From positions 15,314,001 through 15,378,000 of the forward strand of contig NC_086097.1 of NCBI RefSeq assembly GCF_963921235.1: a stretch of DNA of 64,000 nt, given 5' to 3'. Under the pieces are notes generated by a model. The model was not told where the DNA came from. It saw nothing but the letters and a program-made list of their open reading frames with translations, and searched no databases. This document shows, in pieces, positions 12,708 to 27,060 of the stretch. Source of the stretch: Mobula hypostoma. Lineage: Eukaryota. Numbering within the stretch: the first letter of the stretch is position 1; every line of letters begins with the position of its first letter. A program made the position numbers and the translations under genes.

Positions 12708-14081
12708 AATTCTGTATACTACAGTTCATGATCTCACAATGTTCAAAACACTCCAGAACTCAAGCAATACATGCAAAGAACAGCTATTGTTGGAACCCGA
12801 TAGAATAACAAAAAGCAGAGGGAAATGGACCTTGGATTTCAGGTTGATATTGTTAGGAATTAGTCAACTCTATTGAAAGAAAAGTAGCTGAATTTGACTT
12901 CCTGCACCCAAACTCAATCTTGCACCTTAACTTGTAACAGCTCAATTTCTCACCAATTAGTAAAAATGTTTGCTTGTCTCCTCAATCTTTCCTCCTCTCC
13001 TCATCAGAGGCCAATGGCTGCCAGCTTCCAAATTCTTCGAACTTAATTACAGGCCCTGAAGCAAGTGCAGATGGCATGTGTCTCAGAGTCGCAGTGTGTA
13101 AACTAATAGTTCACCTCGGCGGCCAGCAGATATAACCTTTCTGTACACTGGGCCGAGCAGACAGTATCCTGGCCCGAGGAGCAGTCTTGTGTAACCCCTG
13201 ACTTTGCAATACAGTCAATGTTGTAATTTCACACATCTCTCGCACTCTTAATCCACAGTGGTTCACATTTATTTTGAAAACTTGGTCTTCTTCCAACTGA
13301 GGCAGTGTTTGTATAATAGAAGTTCATATGTTTATTCAAATTATCCAAACTTTTTATCTAGAGCTCAAACTTTCTTGCTTTTATTGTTAGCTCAGTGCAG
13401 TATGGCCTCTCAGATTTTATTGGTGTTAACAAAGTATTTTGACCATTTTAAATATTAACACTGTCTACAAACCCAATTAAATCAACATTAAAAATAATAC
13501 AATAGCTCTCTGCAGTTTTAATTATTTCTTTGCCAAAGGTTCCACTTTCTTTCATAGAACTTAACATTTTTGCTTCTTGACCTGTTCAAGATGCTCCACA
13601 TTTTAATGGAAAACCAACCCGGCGGCTCTAAACATTTCAAATATGAACTCAATTGATAGCTTCCACAAATCAAATCAGAATAGTTTTTTTCTTTTTATGG
13701 CAATTCAGTGGTAAAGTAACTGTACACAGACCCAGACCATTGATTTAATGCTATGATTTCAAATCCCACTAGGCCAGCTCTGGAGAGTTTCCAAAACAAA
13801 ACAAATCAGTGATGGTCATCATGAAACCATTGGCAGCTGCAAAGGCCCTCGAACCTCTTCCATCGGGGATCAGGCTTTATAGCAACCATGCCAGGACCAC
13901 CAGATTCAGAAACAGTTACTTTCCCCATGCAGCAAGGCTGATCAACACCTCCACACACTAACTCACCCCACCACAACTACTTTATAATTTCTGGTCAGAA
14001 TCATCTTATGTACAGAAATTCCTGTGCCTAGTGTCATTTTATGGACACACTGTTGATGTGTATAAGCTATCTTATGTATTT

Positions 14082-17000
14082 AGACCATAAGACCATAAGT
14101 CATAGGAACAGAATTAGGCCATTTGGCCCATCAAGTCTGCTCTGTCATGCAATCATGGCTGATCCTTTTATCCCTCTCCTCAACCCCCATTCCCCAGCCT
14201 TCTCCCTGTAACCTTTGATGCCATGTCCAATCAAGAACCTATCTATCTTAAATACATCCAATGACCTGGCCTCCACAGCTGCCTGTGGTAATACATTTCA
14301 CAAATTCACCACCCTCTGGCTAAAGAAATTTCTCTGCATCTTTGTTTTAAATTGACACCCTGCTGTCCTAATGCTGTGTCCTCTTGTCCTAGACTCCCCA
14401 CCACGAGGAACATCCTTTCCACATCTACTCTGTCCAGGCCTTTTAACATTCAAAAGATTTCAATGAGATCTCCCTTCATCCTTCTGAATTCCAGCAAGTA
14501 CAGACCCAGAGCCATCAAATGTTCCTCATATGATAACCCTTTCATTCCCAGAATCATTCTTGTGAACTACCTCTGGACCTCTCCAATGCCAGCACATCTC
14601 TTCTTAGATAAGGAGACAAAAACTGTTCTCAATACTCAAGGTGAGGCCTCACCAGTGCCTTATAAAGCCTCAGCATCACATCCCTGCTCTTGTATTCTGG
14701 ACCTCTTGAAATGAATGCTAACATTGCATTTGCCTTCCTCAACACCGACTCAACCTGCAAGTTAATCTTTCGGGTGTTCTGCACAAGAACTCCCAAGTCC
14801 CTTTGCATCTCACATTTTTGCATTTTCTCCCCATTTTGAAAATAGTCTGCACGTTTATTTATTCTACCAAAGTGCACGACCATGCATTTTCCACCATTGT
14901 ATTTCATTTGCCACTCTCTTGCCCATTCTCCTAATCTGTCTAAATCCTTCTGCAGCCTACCTGCTTCCTCAACACTACCTGCCCCTTCACCAATTTTAAT
15001 GTCATCTGCAAACTTGGCAACAAAGCCATCTATTCCATCATCTAAATCATTTATATACAGCTAAAAAGCAGTCCCAACACCTATCCCTACGGAACACCAC
15101 TGGTCACCGGCAGCAAACCAGAAGAGGATCTTTTTATTCCCACTCGCTGCCTCCTACTAATCAGCTAATGCTTTAACCATGCCAATAACTTTCCTGTAAT
15201 ATCATGTGCTCTTAACTTGGTAAGCAGCCTCATCTGTGGCACCTTATGAAAGACCTTCTGAAAATCCAAATATACAACACCCACTGCATTCCTACTTGTA
15301 ATCTCCTCAAAGAATCCATACAGGTTTGTCAGGCAAGATTTTCCCTTAAGGAAACCATGCTGACTTTGCCCTACCTTGTCCTGTGTCACCAAGTACTCCA
15401 TAACCTCATCCTTAACAATTGACTCCAACATCTTCCCAACCACTGAGGTCGGGCTAACTGGTCTATAATTTCCTTTCTGCTGCCTTCTGTCTTCCTTAAA
15501 GAGTGGAGTGATATTTGCTTTTTCCAGTCCTCTGGCACCATGCCAGAGTCCAATGATTCTTGAAAGATCTTTGTCATTGTTAATGCCTCCATAATCTCTA
15601 ACACTACCTCTTTCAGAACATTAGAGTGCAGTTCATCTGGTCCAAGTGACTTATGTACCTTTAGGTCTTTCACTTCTCTTCCTTCACACACTACAAGATC
15701 TGGAACACTGCTAGTGTCTTCCACAGTGAAGACTGATGCAAAATATTCATTTAGTTCATCTGCCATCTCCTTGACCCCAGTTATTATTTCTCCAATCTCA
15801 TTTTCTAATGGTCCTATATCCACTGTCATCTTTATTTACGTTTTATATACTTGAAAAAGCTTTTACTATATACTTTGATATTGTTTCCTAGCACGCTTTC
15901 ATATTTCATCTTTTCCCTTCTAATGATTCTCTTAGTTGCTCTCTGTACGTTTTTAAAGGTTTCCCAAGCCTCTATCTTCCTACTAATTTTTGCTTTGTTG
16001 TATGCCTTCTCTTTTGCTTTTACATTAGCTTTGACCTCCCTTGTCAGCCATGGTTGTACTATCTTACCATTTGAGTATTTCTTTGTATTTCAAATACATC
16101 TATACATTCTGTACTTTCCTCATTTTTCCCAGAAACTCACACCATTGCAGCTCTGCTGTCATCCCTGCCAGCAGTTCCTTCCAATTTACTTTGGCCATCT
16201 CCTCTCTCATCCACTCTAATTTCCCTTATTCCACTGAAATACTGTTACATCAAACTTTATCTTCTCCCTATCAAATTTCAAGTTGAACTCTATCATATTG
16301 TGATCACTGGCTTCTAAGGACTCTTTGACCTGACACTCCCTAATCGCCTCCGATACATTACATAACATCCAATCCGGTATAGATGATCCCCTCGTAGGCT
16401 CAACGAAAAACCGCTCCAGAAAGCCATCTCATAGGCATTCAACAAACTCACTCTCTTGAGATCCATTACCAACATGATTTTCCCCAAAAGACCTGCATGT
16501 TAAAATCTCCCATGACTATCATAACATTGCCCTTTTGACATGTCTTTTCTATTTCCTGTTGTAATCTATGGTCCACATCCCAGCTACTGTTGGGAGGCCT
16601 GTATATAACTGCCATCAGGCTCCTTTTACTCTTGCAGTTTCTTAACTCAACCCACAGGGATTCAACATCTTCCAATCCTATGTCACATCTTTCTACTGAT
16701 TTGACCATTCTTTACCAGTAGAATCACACCACCCCCTCTGACTACCTTCCTACCCCTCCGATACAACGTGTAACCTTGGACATTCAGCTCCCATCTACAA
16801 CCATCCTTCAGCCGTGATTCAGTGATGGCCACAACATCATACCTGACAATCTGCAATAGTGCAACAAGATCATCACCTTATTTCTTATACTCCATGTATT
16901 GACGTATAACACTTTGAGTACTGTATTTAATACCCTTTTTGATTTTGCATCCCTAATGCCTTGTTACACATCCTTGCTGGCTGCAATTTTGTCCTAACAT

Positions 17001-17120
17001 CTGCCTGCCCTTCCTGACAGTCTGACTGCATGCTATCTTTGCATTTTTTACCATCCATCCTATCCTGAGTCCCTTCACTCAGGTTCCCAGCCGCCTACCA
17101 AATTAGTTTAAACCCTCCCC
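14082..17120 (-). mobile_element. Degraded long CR1 LINE spanning ORF2 (AP endonuclease and RT) back to the probable end of ORF1
   Basis: (CTTATGGT)n tail; RT remnants (QHGFLKGKSCLTNL, YLDFQK); endonuclease motifs VIYRPP and MGDFN; ORF2 N-terminal LKVLYVNTWSIRNK. It interrupts a Rex1-type fragment (about 13855-14080 and 17121-17262). Confidence 0.9.
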
Positions 17121-17494
17121 GAATCAATATTTATATTGATCGCGTTTTTATTATTGTGTTGATTTTGGGTTGTGCTGCATCAGATCTGGAGTAACAATTA
17201 TTTCACTCTCCTTTACACGTGTGTACTGGAAATGACATGAAACAAACTTGAATCTTGAATCTAACCCGATGAGAGAAGGGCATTAGTGATTTACCACCCT
17301 GACCTGAATGTTGACTCCAGACCAAACAAAGCCTCCTCAGCCCAGGGGCATTTTGGGATGGAAAATAAATGCTGGTGTGACCGGCGACATCTCATCTCAC
17401 GAATGAATAAATTACCTCCCCAAATTAATCCTGGTTACCTAAGCGTATTTGCTAAATCCTCTATTTCTCCCTTCTCCTCCTGTTCCCACAACAA

Positions 17495-17738
17495 AGGGCG
17501 ACACGTAGTCAACACAACGCTTTATAGTACCAGCAGCCCAGGTTCAATTCTTGTCATTGTATGTAAGGAGTTTATACATCCTCCCTGTGACCCTCTGGTT
17601 TCCTCCCACAGTCCAAAGACGTACCAGTCATTGTAAATTGTCCCGTGATTAGGCTAGGGTTAAATCCAGAATTGCTGAGTGTCACAGCTGAAAGAGCTGC
17701 AGGGCCTAATCTGCACTGTATCTCAATAAATGAATAAA
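17495..17738 (+). mobile_element. tRNA-derived V-SINE-like element
   Basis: B-box-like 'ggttcaattc', conserved body, and 'tgtatctcaataaa' tail. Confidence 0.75.
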
Positions 17739-19789
17739 GATCACGTTGCATGTGAACTGTCCATTGGTATCAATTACTGTTGCTTGAAATGATCCTAAAT
17801 CAGGAGCTGTATTAAAAGACTTCTTCAGCTTAGTCTTAACTCAAGTTGTATTTATTCCCAAATAACAAAAAGAATTCAATACCCTCATAAAATGAAGGCA
17901 GTGTAAAGAACACCATCACCATATAATGTCTGAAGAAAGCGCAGCAGTCAGCTTAGGTACCAGATTTATATTGATGTAACTCAAGAGAACTCCAGTGCTC
18001 ACTTCAGGTCATTTTCACCCACCATCATAACTCAAGGTTAATTCTGATAAGATTTCTTACTGAGCATTGCTAAGACTGAAGATTGCAGCTTCCTTTATTC
18101 TTCACAATCGGCCAGAACAGAACAAAGGGATGGAGGAAGGTTTCGCTGGTTAGACCCACTCAAGAGATAGAAAGGTCAACTGACAACACTTTCTATTCTG
18201 AGGGTTTCCTTGTAGTAAATAGATTATATTTATTTGCTTTCAGGGTGCAGTGATGATGGGAAGTCTGTATTTATTGATTTATTGCCCATTCTTAATTATC
18301 CAAGACAATCATGTGAGTCTTTGTCACAGCAATTATTTGAAAAACTGAGCAGCTTGCAAATCTACTTCAGATAGTATGTCAAACAGGTAATATAGGACTG
18401 GACCCATGTTACCAACCAGACCTGCAGAGGGTACAGTTTTTGTTCCCTCAAAGACATTAATGAACCATGTGAGTTTTCATTAAAAACGACTTCACCTTTT
18501 ATTTTAATGCAAAATTAGAATCAATGTCTAACCTTACTGGAAAGCAAGGTAATTTAGAGCCTAGATGGCTGTTAACAGCTCCTGGCATGGCCATTCATAG
18601 TTTCACAGAGGTGCTTTTGTCTTCCTCCAGACACTTTCTGACTACTTTCATGATGCCTTGTCCTCAGTGTCACAAACTCTCAATCCCTCATCCTTTTGCA
18701 GTATCAGTGCATTGCGCCTCACTTTAAAAAATTATTTCAAAGGTTCAACTGAAATTGGAAAAATACTTGTACACACAGATCCCTCTATCAAAATGATCAT
18801 GGTCTAACCTCTCCTGTGAAGTTACAAACGGTGGGGCAGGGGGCACAAGCAGATGAGCGTTTAAAATATCAAATATTTAAAACTCCGGTGTGTAGACATT
18901 TCTTCTTACAGAAAGCAGTGTCTCTCTGGAATTCTTTGTGCTGAGAGTTTTTATTTATTTAGAGACGCACGCAGTAACAGCCCCTTCCAGACCAACGAGC
19001 CCATGCCAACCAGTTACACTTATGTGACCAATTTATTCATACACCTTTGAAATGCAGGAGGAAATTGGAGCACCCGGTGGAATCCCACGCAAATGTGGGG
19101 AGATCGTATCAACTCCTTATGGATAGCAGCGGGAATTGGACTGGTGTTGTTACACTAACCACGATGCTACCATACCAACCCCAGTGGTGGAGGTCAGATC
19201 ATTAAGCATATTTAAGGTAGGAAGAGTTAAATATTCAAATGATCAAGGCATTGAGGGTTATGGAGAATTTGCACAGAAGAGTTTAAGCCAACATAGATTA
19301 TATGAATTATGGGGCAGGCGGCTCCTGCTCTTATTTTCTTGTGTGTAACAGCAGGGATTGCCACAAGTCTCTTCAAAAAGAGAAAATTATTTGTGTCAAT
19401 AACTCACGCATCAAAATCATGGAGACGGGGACAAAAACAGCAGGACAAACAAACAGGAGCAGCTGAAAACCTCCCTCCAAGTCTTACACTGTCTTGATTT
19501 GACACGCCCTCATTCTCACTGGGTGAAACTCCGGGAAGCCCAGTGGAGCAGCAGTCCAAGAGTATCCGCAGTGAAAGAAGGCAGCTTGCCACCGCCTTCA
19601 CACAGGCAATCAGGAATGGGGAAAATCCATGATTCTGCCAACGATGCTCACATCCCATGTTGCCGAAAAATAGACGTTTCACCCTCCCCTGTCCGTTCAA
19701 TACCTAGTAATATTTAATCAATATTTTTCACTCTTCCATCTCATTAGACCACCTAAAATTGAACCAGTGAGTTTGTTTTTGGAATTGAA

Positions 19790-20930
19790 ATTGGGTTGTT
19801 ATTGTCACCTGTACTGAGAGGAGGTACAGGAGCCTGAAGACACAAACACAACATTTTAGGAACAGCCTCTTCCTTTCCACCATGAGATTTCTGAATGGAC
19901 AATGAATCCATGAACTCTACCTCACTGTTTTCTGCTCTGTTTTTGCACTACTTATTTATTTTGTTAATATATTTTTTATTGTATGGTATATTTTATGTAC
20001 TGCACTGCCACAAAACAACACAGTTCGTGGCGTATGTCAGTGATAAAAAACCTGACTCTGAGATACAGTGAAAAACACATTTTGCACACAGTTCTTGCAG
20101 ATCATTTCATAGGCAAAACACTAACAATGCAGAATACAGTGTAACAGCTACAGAAAAAGTGCAGTGCAGGTAAAACAATAAGGTGCAAGATCATAATGAG
20201 GTAGAATATCAGATCAAGATGGATATGGATGGCTGACATGAACTCAGTCATACAGATGGAGAGACTCGGGTTCTTGAGAACCAATTCAATTATAAAATTT
20301 TTGGCTATCTGGGATCCATTTCTTGCCTACCTAGACGAGGCCGGGGTGCAGATGAACGACTTCCCCCCAGCTAATCTCTCACAGCCCTCATTCGAGACGT
20401 AATGCAGTTTTGAGCACTCTGTACAACAGGCAACCCTCTAATGTTATGTCCTTTTTTCCTGCTCATTTTATTTTCACACATGCCTGAGCTTATATGTTCT
20501 TGTTGGTTTTATAGTTTTTTTGAAATTTTTGAAAATAAAGTATTTTTAAGAAAAATGTATCTTATACCATTTAATAGACATAACAGTGGGGTAGAAGTTG
20601 TCCTTGAGCCTGATGGTACATGCTTTCAGATTTCCTGCCAGATGGCAGAAGAGGGAATAGCCAAGGTGGGTGGGATCTTTAATTATGCTGGCTGTTTTAC
20701 TAAGGCAGAGAAGTATAGACAGACTCCACAGAGGGGAGGCTGGTTTTCGTGATGTGTTATGCTGTGTCCACACTCTTTACGGTTTCTTGCAGATATGCAG
20801 TTGCCATTCTGATAGGATGCGGCGTATGATACATCAATAAAAATTGCAAGGGTTGACGGGGACATGCCAAACTTTTTTAGCCTCCTGAGGAAGTAGAGGC
20901 GCTGGTGAGCTTTCCTGGTTGGACCATGGC
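19790..20930. mobile_element. Cluster of Rex1/Babar-type 3' fragments
   Basis: 'aggtacaggagcctgaagac..aggaacagc' (plus) nested in a minus copy; 'KTASIIKDPTHLGYSLF' at 20600-20750. Confidence 0.6.
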
Positions 20931-21170
20931 TTTAAGTAAGGCTTTAACCATGCAACAGTCTCTGTCTGTTACTGGCTGGATGACACATTGGAACAATGGG
21001 CCAGTTTATTGAAAACACACAAATGCACAAAGGGTAAACAATTTTCATATGGTTTATTAGCTTTATCCCTAAGACATTATCAGATGAGGTCTATTTGCTG
21101 CTGGCTGCTTTAATAATGTGGAATCAAACTTAGTAATGAGATGGAGGAAGTGAGTGAGGTTCACAGGCAT

Positions 21171-21617
21171 AAATAAACAAGAGAAAGTCTGCAGATGCCA
21201 GNNNNNNNNNNNNNNNNNNNNNNNNNNNNNNNNNNNNNNNNNNNNNNNNNNNNNNNNNNNNNNNNNNNNNNNNNNNNNNNNNNNNNNNNNNNNNNNNNNN
21301 NNNNNNNNNNNNNNNNNNNNNNNNNNNNNNNNNNNNNNNNNNNNNNNNNNNNNNNNNNNNNNNNNNNNNNNNNNNNNNNNNNNNNNNNNNNNNNNNNNNN
21401 NAAATCCAAAGCAACACACACAAAATATTGGAGGAGCTCAGCAGGCCAGGCAACTTCTACAGAAAGGAATGAACAGTCGACAACTTGGGCCAAGGTCCAT
21501 CATTAGGTCTGAAAAGGAAGGGGGAAGACACCAAAATGAAAAGATGTGGGGAGGGGAAGGACAAAAGCCGGGTGATAGGCGAAGCCAGGTGGGTAGGAAA
21601 AGTGAAGGGCTGGAGAA
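21171..21617 (-). mobile_element. Penelope-like 3' fragment spanning the assembly gap
   Basis: 12-bp TSD gttcacaggcat at 21159-21170 and 21618-21629; decayed hammerhead near 21474-21511. Confidence 0.8.
21202..21401. other. Assembly gap (200 N)
   Basis: Run of N. Confidence 1.
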
Positions 21618-22299
21618 GTTCACAGGCATCGAGAGCAAGGAGAGCTTTCAAAGTTAAGAAGGGTTTTTAACACAGCAAATATGGCGAAAGATCAGGATAT
21701 GAGGATGCATTTTGATCTGTAAAAAAAATGAGTAGAGAATAGTATCTTGATTTTTAAAATTTTATTTTATTTAGAGACATAGTGCAGAACATGCTCTTCC
21801 ACCTATTTAAAACTAGTCAATTAACCTACTAACCAGTAGGTCTTTGGACTGTGGGAGGAAACAAGAGCACGCGGAGGAAACCCACATAGTCACAGGAAGT
21901 TATGTATAAACTCCTTACAAAGGACACCAGAATTGAACTTTGAACTCCAACTTCCCGAGCTGTAATAGCATTGCTTATTATTAGTTAATAATTAACTAAT
22001 TGCCATTATTAATAATTAACAAATAATATAATTAATTATTATTAGTTTGGCTTGAGTTTCTTTTATTTTCACATGTGCCAAGACACAGTGAAAATCTTCA
22101 CTTGCACGTTGTTCATGCAGATCAAATCATTACACAGTGCAGAGGTAGAACAAGATAAATTATAACAATGCAGAATAAAGTGTAACAGCTACAGAAAAAT
22201 TGCAGTGCAGTTAAACAATAAATTACAAGATCATAATGAGGTCAAGAGACCATCTTACAGTCAAGAGTCTGCTAACAGCAGGATAGAAATTGTCTTTGC

Positions 22300-22692
22300 A
22301 CCAAGAGGACCACAACCTTGTGGTCTGGAAACTTGCGTGCCTCAACGACCTGGAGAGCATTGTTAGCTGGCATCAGGGCTTTATACTTTGGCTCTTTGTA
22401 GGGTCATCCGCGCCCAAACAGGTCAAAGGGTAGAGGTCAGTCAACTGGTCCTCCAGGTTCAGGGGTTCAGCTCAGGGCTAACAACCCTGACTGATAAAAC
22501 AAAATTGTTACAGAAACAGCAACGAAAAATCCTTTTACATCTGTGCTCGATGGTATTCCTGAGCCTCCACTGGGGACTTGCATTACTGACAGGAGTAAAA
22601 ACCGAGCTATTGACATGACAAAGGAAGCCCTGAACCCTGCTAGAAATGGAGGATCTTCATTACTGCCCTGAACACCAGTGACATAAGGGACA
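22300..22692 (+). mobile_element. Bipartite non-autonomous RTE (Expander-like) element
   Basis: Homologous to 30189-30582. Confidence 0.7.
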
Positions 22693-23099
22693 GGAGAGGG
22701 GGAAGAGACAGAGAGAGAGGGAAAAGCTGTCTTTGAGCCAATGGTATATGCTTACAGACATCTGCCCAATGGGAGGGGTTGGAAGAGAGAATGTCTGGTG
22801 TAGATGGGGCCTTTGATTATGCTGGCTGCTTTATTGATACAGCGAGAAGTAAGACAAGAGTCCATAGAGGGGAGGCTGGTTTCCCTAATGTGCTGAGCTG
22901 TTTTTAATGTAACCAGCTGTTATATAGTCATAGAGTTGCACAGCATGGTAACAGAACCATCTACCCAACTCAGCTGCTTCTGCACTGATGCCCACCAGCC
23001 TGTCCTGTCCGGCTGCGTCTGATCTATATCCGGTGTCAGGTCTGAATCTACCTATTCAAATACCTTTTGAAAGTTTCTATTGTGTTATCAGTCTAAAAT

Positions 23100-23790
23100 G
23101 CAGCTTCAACAGCTACTTCCGATAAGAAGGTACTTTCCATTAGGTATAGCTGAAAAATGTCAGGGATAACGCTAGCGAACTCTTTCGCAGAGCCAACACA
23201 ATGCGATGAGCCGAACGGGGTGGAGTGGGGTGATGTAAATGATATTTTCCGCCTTCCGAGTTTCCAACGTGAGTTGCTGTACTATCTAGCAGACTACTGT
23301 CTCCAGTGCCTTGCACAAGCGGCAATGTTACGGGAACGAGAGGGAGACGAGCAGACTGCGCGGTTCCTTAACTGTGGAATCCACCCTCACACACGCCTTG
23401 CAGCTCAAGTCACAGCGCTATGACTGAAGGTTGTGAAACAGTTGCCTGCTGCGGGGTGTGACAGGGTGCGGAGAAATCGGAGACCAGGGACTGAACCCTC
23501 GTCTCTACGGAGCCGCGCAACACCACGCCGCCGGTTGTCAGGAGACTTTTTCCAACACAACCCAAGCTTCACATCGCAAACATTGCGAAGGCCGACCGGC
23601 GACAAGGGCGGCGCTGATCACATGACCAAGGCTCAGTTACCAAACACCTCGTAAATGTCATCCCCGAAGGAATTTCCACTTGTACCCATCAATTTTAGCG
23701 GAATGTACTTAAAACGGTCTGCCCTCTGCCGTAAAACCATAACCCCAACTAGCTGATGTGACATGGAAGCCCCAGATCTGGCGGTTTAAA
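23100..23790. promoter_or_regulatory. CpG-rich promoter-like island
   Basis: CpG density visibly far above the flanks; GC box gggcgg at 23606, E/M-box gatcacatgacc at 23616-23627, ETS-like cttccg sites, and a plus-strand donor AAC|gtgagt at 23269. Confidence 0.5.
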
Positions 23791-24139
23791 CTCATTACAG
23801 TTCAATTGCTTGGTTCATAATAGTTCAATTGGAAAACAGCAGGGAATCAAAGTCATTCCTATCACCAACTTTAAAAGAGGAATACGATACACCTGACTAA
23901 ATCACCCTGCGATTATGAAAAATGCCAGACAAACGCAAATCATTCTTGCTGTCCAAGCGTTTGTTTTTCACAGTGGCTCAACGCAGAGACTTAACATTCC
24001 TTTACTGTCAAATTCACATGAGAATACACCACAGAAACAGGCACTTTAGCCAACCCAACCAAGTCCATGCTCTGGTTAATTGAATTACCAACCCACGTAC
24101 CTTTAGAATGTTTCTTTCTCATTTCTGCTTAATTTCAGA

Positions 24140-24330
24140 TACCCTGTAGGAGTTTGTATGATCTCCCCGTGACTGCATTGTTTTCCTCCCACAATCCAAA
24201 GGCATACCAGTTGGAAGATTAATTGGTCATTATAAATTGTCCCATGGTTAGGCTGGGATTAAATCGGGGATAGGGATTGCAGGCTGGTGCAGCTGGAAGG
24301 GGCTATTCTGCACTGTATCTCAATAAATAT
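24140..24330 (+). mobile_element. V-SINE-like fragment
   Basis: Conserved body and tail shared with the copy at 28452. Confidence 0.7.
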
Positions 24331-24662
24331 CTTGTATCTGCAGAATTTTTAAAGTTCTCATTCATGTATTGAGGTTGCATCTTTCTGTTTGGACACATAC
24401 CTCGGATTACCAACTTTACCCATGTTACAATTTGTAATACAGAGACACCATCTCATTTTATGAATTATCTTTCCAAAACAGGTAGAAATAGTAGAAGGCT
24501 TCCAGCCTGTATAATCTTAAACACACATCAAAGGGATCAAGGCCATGGAAATGTGAATGATTTGGAATAAAAAGTATATTTGTACAATTTTTAGATTATT
24601 AGCACTGGGGTGGCACGTCAAAAGCATGCTGCTCCCCTTAACCAAACAAACTCAGACACTTA

Positions 24663-24794
24663 CACAAGGAAATCTGCAGATGCTGGAATTACAAGCAACA
24701 CACATTAAAATTGCTGGTGAACGCAGCAGGCCAGGCAGCATCTCTAGGAAGAGGTACAGTCAACGTTTCAGGCCGAGACCCTTTGTCAGGACTT
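24663..24794 (-). mobile_element. Short hammerhead-headed Penelope-like insertion
   Basis: 14-bp TSD aactcagacactta (24649-24662 and 24795-24808); motif at 24757-24794 has CTGACAA (one core substitution) and intact GAAACGTT. Confidence 0.85.
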
Positions 24795-25081
24795 AACTCA
24801 GACACTTAACGTTTTTTTTACCTTGCTCAAGAAAGCAGGCTCACCATCAAAGCAGCCATCAGTGGCAATCCAGCATCTAACTAATTGTCGGAGACCTCAG
24901 TGAGCTGAGGGCGTCAGAAAGTGCTCTCCTGGCTGGTGTTTATCTTGAGATGCATCCACTAGAGCTTGGTTTAATTCGGGGAGTGTTGTGGAGAGGGAGT
25001 CACGTGCCATGTCAGCCACACTTGTGGACTACCCTCAGCGAATGCTCGGACTGTGTTGGTTGTTGACACGAACAACACATT

Positions 25082-27060
25082 TCAAGATTCAAGATTGTTT
25101 AATGTCATTTCCAGTACACAAGTGTAAAGGAAAACGAAATAATTGTTACCCCGGATCCAATGCAGCACAAAAAAATAATAAGATAAAGAACAGAATAATA
25201 AAAAACACAATAAATATAAATACTTAAGATGGCTTATATACATAGATTGATTGTATATACATAAAGTGACACTAGAACAAGAGTGTCTGTACATAAGGTG
25301 ACTCTGACAGGAAATGATACATTGGTGGTGGTGGGAGTGTGGAGGGGTGGGTCAGTGGGTCCTGGTGTTGACCAGCCTTACTGCTTGGGGAAGATGACTG
25401 TTTTTGTGACTGGTGGTCCTGGTGTGGACGCTACGTAACCTCCTCCCTGATGGGAGTGGGGCAAACAGTCCATGAGCAGGGTCAGTGGGATCCTTTATGA
25501 TGTTACTGGCTCTTCTCTGGCACCTCTCTGTCCTTGATGGCAGGTAAGCTAGTGCTGGTGATGTGTTGGGCAGTCTCAGCTACTCACTCTAGAGCTTCCT
25601 GTCCACCACAGTGCATTTTCCGTACCATACAATGATGTAACATGTCAGGACGCTCTCTACTACACATCTGTAGAAGGTCATGAGTACTGATGTGCATAGT
25701 CCAGCCTCTGTGTTTTGATGTTTCACTGTACATGTGACAAGTAAAGCTAATGGGTTTGCGAGGGATATTAAATCAGCCACGATGGAATAGCAGAGCAGAC
25801 TTGATGATTCAAATGGCCTCGTTCTGCTCCTTATGTCTATATCTTATCTTTAATCTTTAATTAAAGATGGGCATCACGCACACAGACCATGCACTGTATC
25901 ACAATGACATGTTGCCTTGCAGCCATGCAGGTACTGAGTCCGGCCAGGAAGAGTCAGAAGCTTCATTCCAGCATACCCTTTGCACCTTCAGACAGCACAG
26001 GGATTCAAAAAGTTCAAAGTAAGTTTTATTATCAAAGTACATATATGTCACCATATACAACCCTGAGATTCATTTTCTTGTGGGCATGCTTAATAAGTAT
26101 ATAGAATGATAACCATAACAAAATGAATTAAAGCCTGCCTGGTCTTTCAACCAGGGTGCAGAAGACAAACTGCAAACACAAAAAGAAATGAACAAACAAA
26201 CAAACAAACAAGCAAGCAATAAATATTGAGAACATGAGCTGGGGAGTCCCTGAAAGTGAGTCCATTGATTGTGGGCACATTTCAATGATGAGGCAAGTGA
26301 AGTTGAGTGAAGTTATCCCCTTTGGTTCAAGAGCCTGATGGTTGAGGGGCAGTAACTGTTCCTGAACTTGTTGATAGGAGTCCTGAGGCTCTTGTACCTT
26401 CTTCCTGATGGCAGCAGTGAAATAGAGCATGTGCTAGGTGCTGGGGGTCCCTGATGGATGGGTAATTATGGTGACTCACCCCCACCTTCCTAAGGGCAAT
26501 AAACAGTGGACTTACTAGAATCAGAGTCAGTTTTATTATCGCTGACACACGGTACTGTGCTAAAGTCCTTGGTACATATATACACATATACATATCTAGG
26601 GTGCCTAAGACTTCTGCACAGTACTGTAGCAATTTTATTTATTGCACCGCACTGCTACTGCAAAACAACAAATTTCATGACATATGCCAGTGATGTTAAA
26701 CCTGGTTCGGGTCCTGGTACCTTCTCCTTGGTGGTAGAAGTCCTCAAAGGTAGGGAGGCTAGTGCCCATGATGGAGCTGGCCGAGCTTTTTCCAATCCTC
26801 TGCAGTGGCCCCTCCATAGCAGGCAGTGATGTAACCAGATAGAAATCTCTCCATGGAACATTTGTAGAAATTTGCTAGAGCCTCAGGTAATGTACATATT
26901 TCCTCAAACCCCGACTTCTTCTTAACTGCATCAATATGTTAGATCCAGGATAGAGATTCAGAGATGCTGACACTCAGGAACCTGAAACTGCTCACCCAAG
27001 TTTCCACTGCTGATCTCCGATGAGGACTGGTGTCTGTTCCCTCGACTTCCCCTCGACTTC
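25082..27060 (-). mobile_element. Cluster of Rex1/Babar-type LINE 3' fragments
   Basis: 'VLMTFYRCVVESVLTCYIIVWYGKCTVVDRKL' (25589-25700); further copies at 26005-26460 and 26510-27050. Confidence 0.7.
26550..26626. mobile_element. Very small Tc1-type MITE
   Basis: Imperfect 26-bp TIRs cggtactgtgctaaagtccttggtac / gtgcctaagacttctgcacagtactg followed by TA. Confidence 0.7.

Noticed and set aside
13111..13296. 61-aa minus ORF with flanking ag/gt
   Set aside because: Weak splice sites and no recognisable homology.
21069..21657. ORFs containing X runs
   Set aside because: Artefacts of the N gap.
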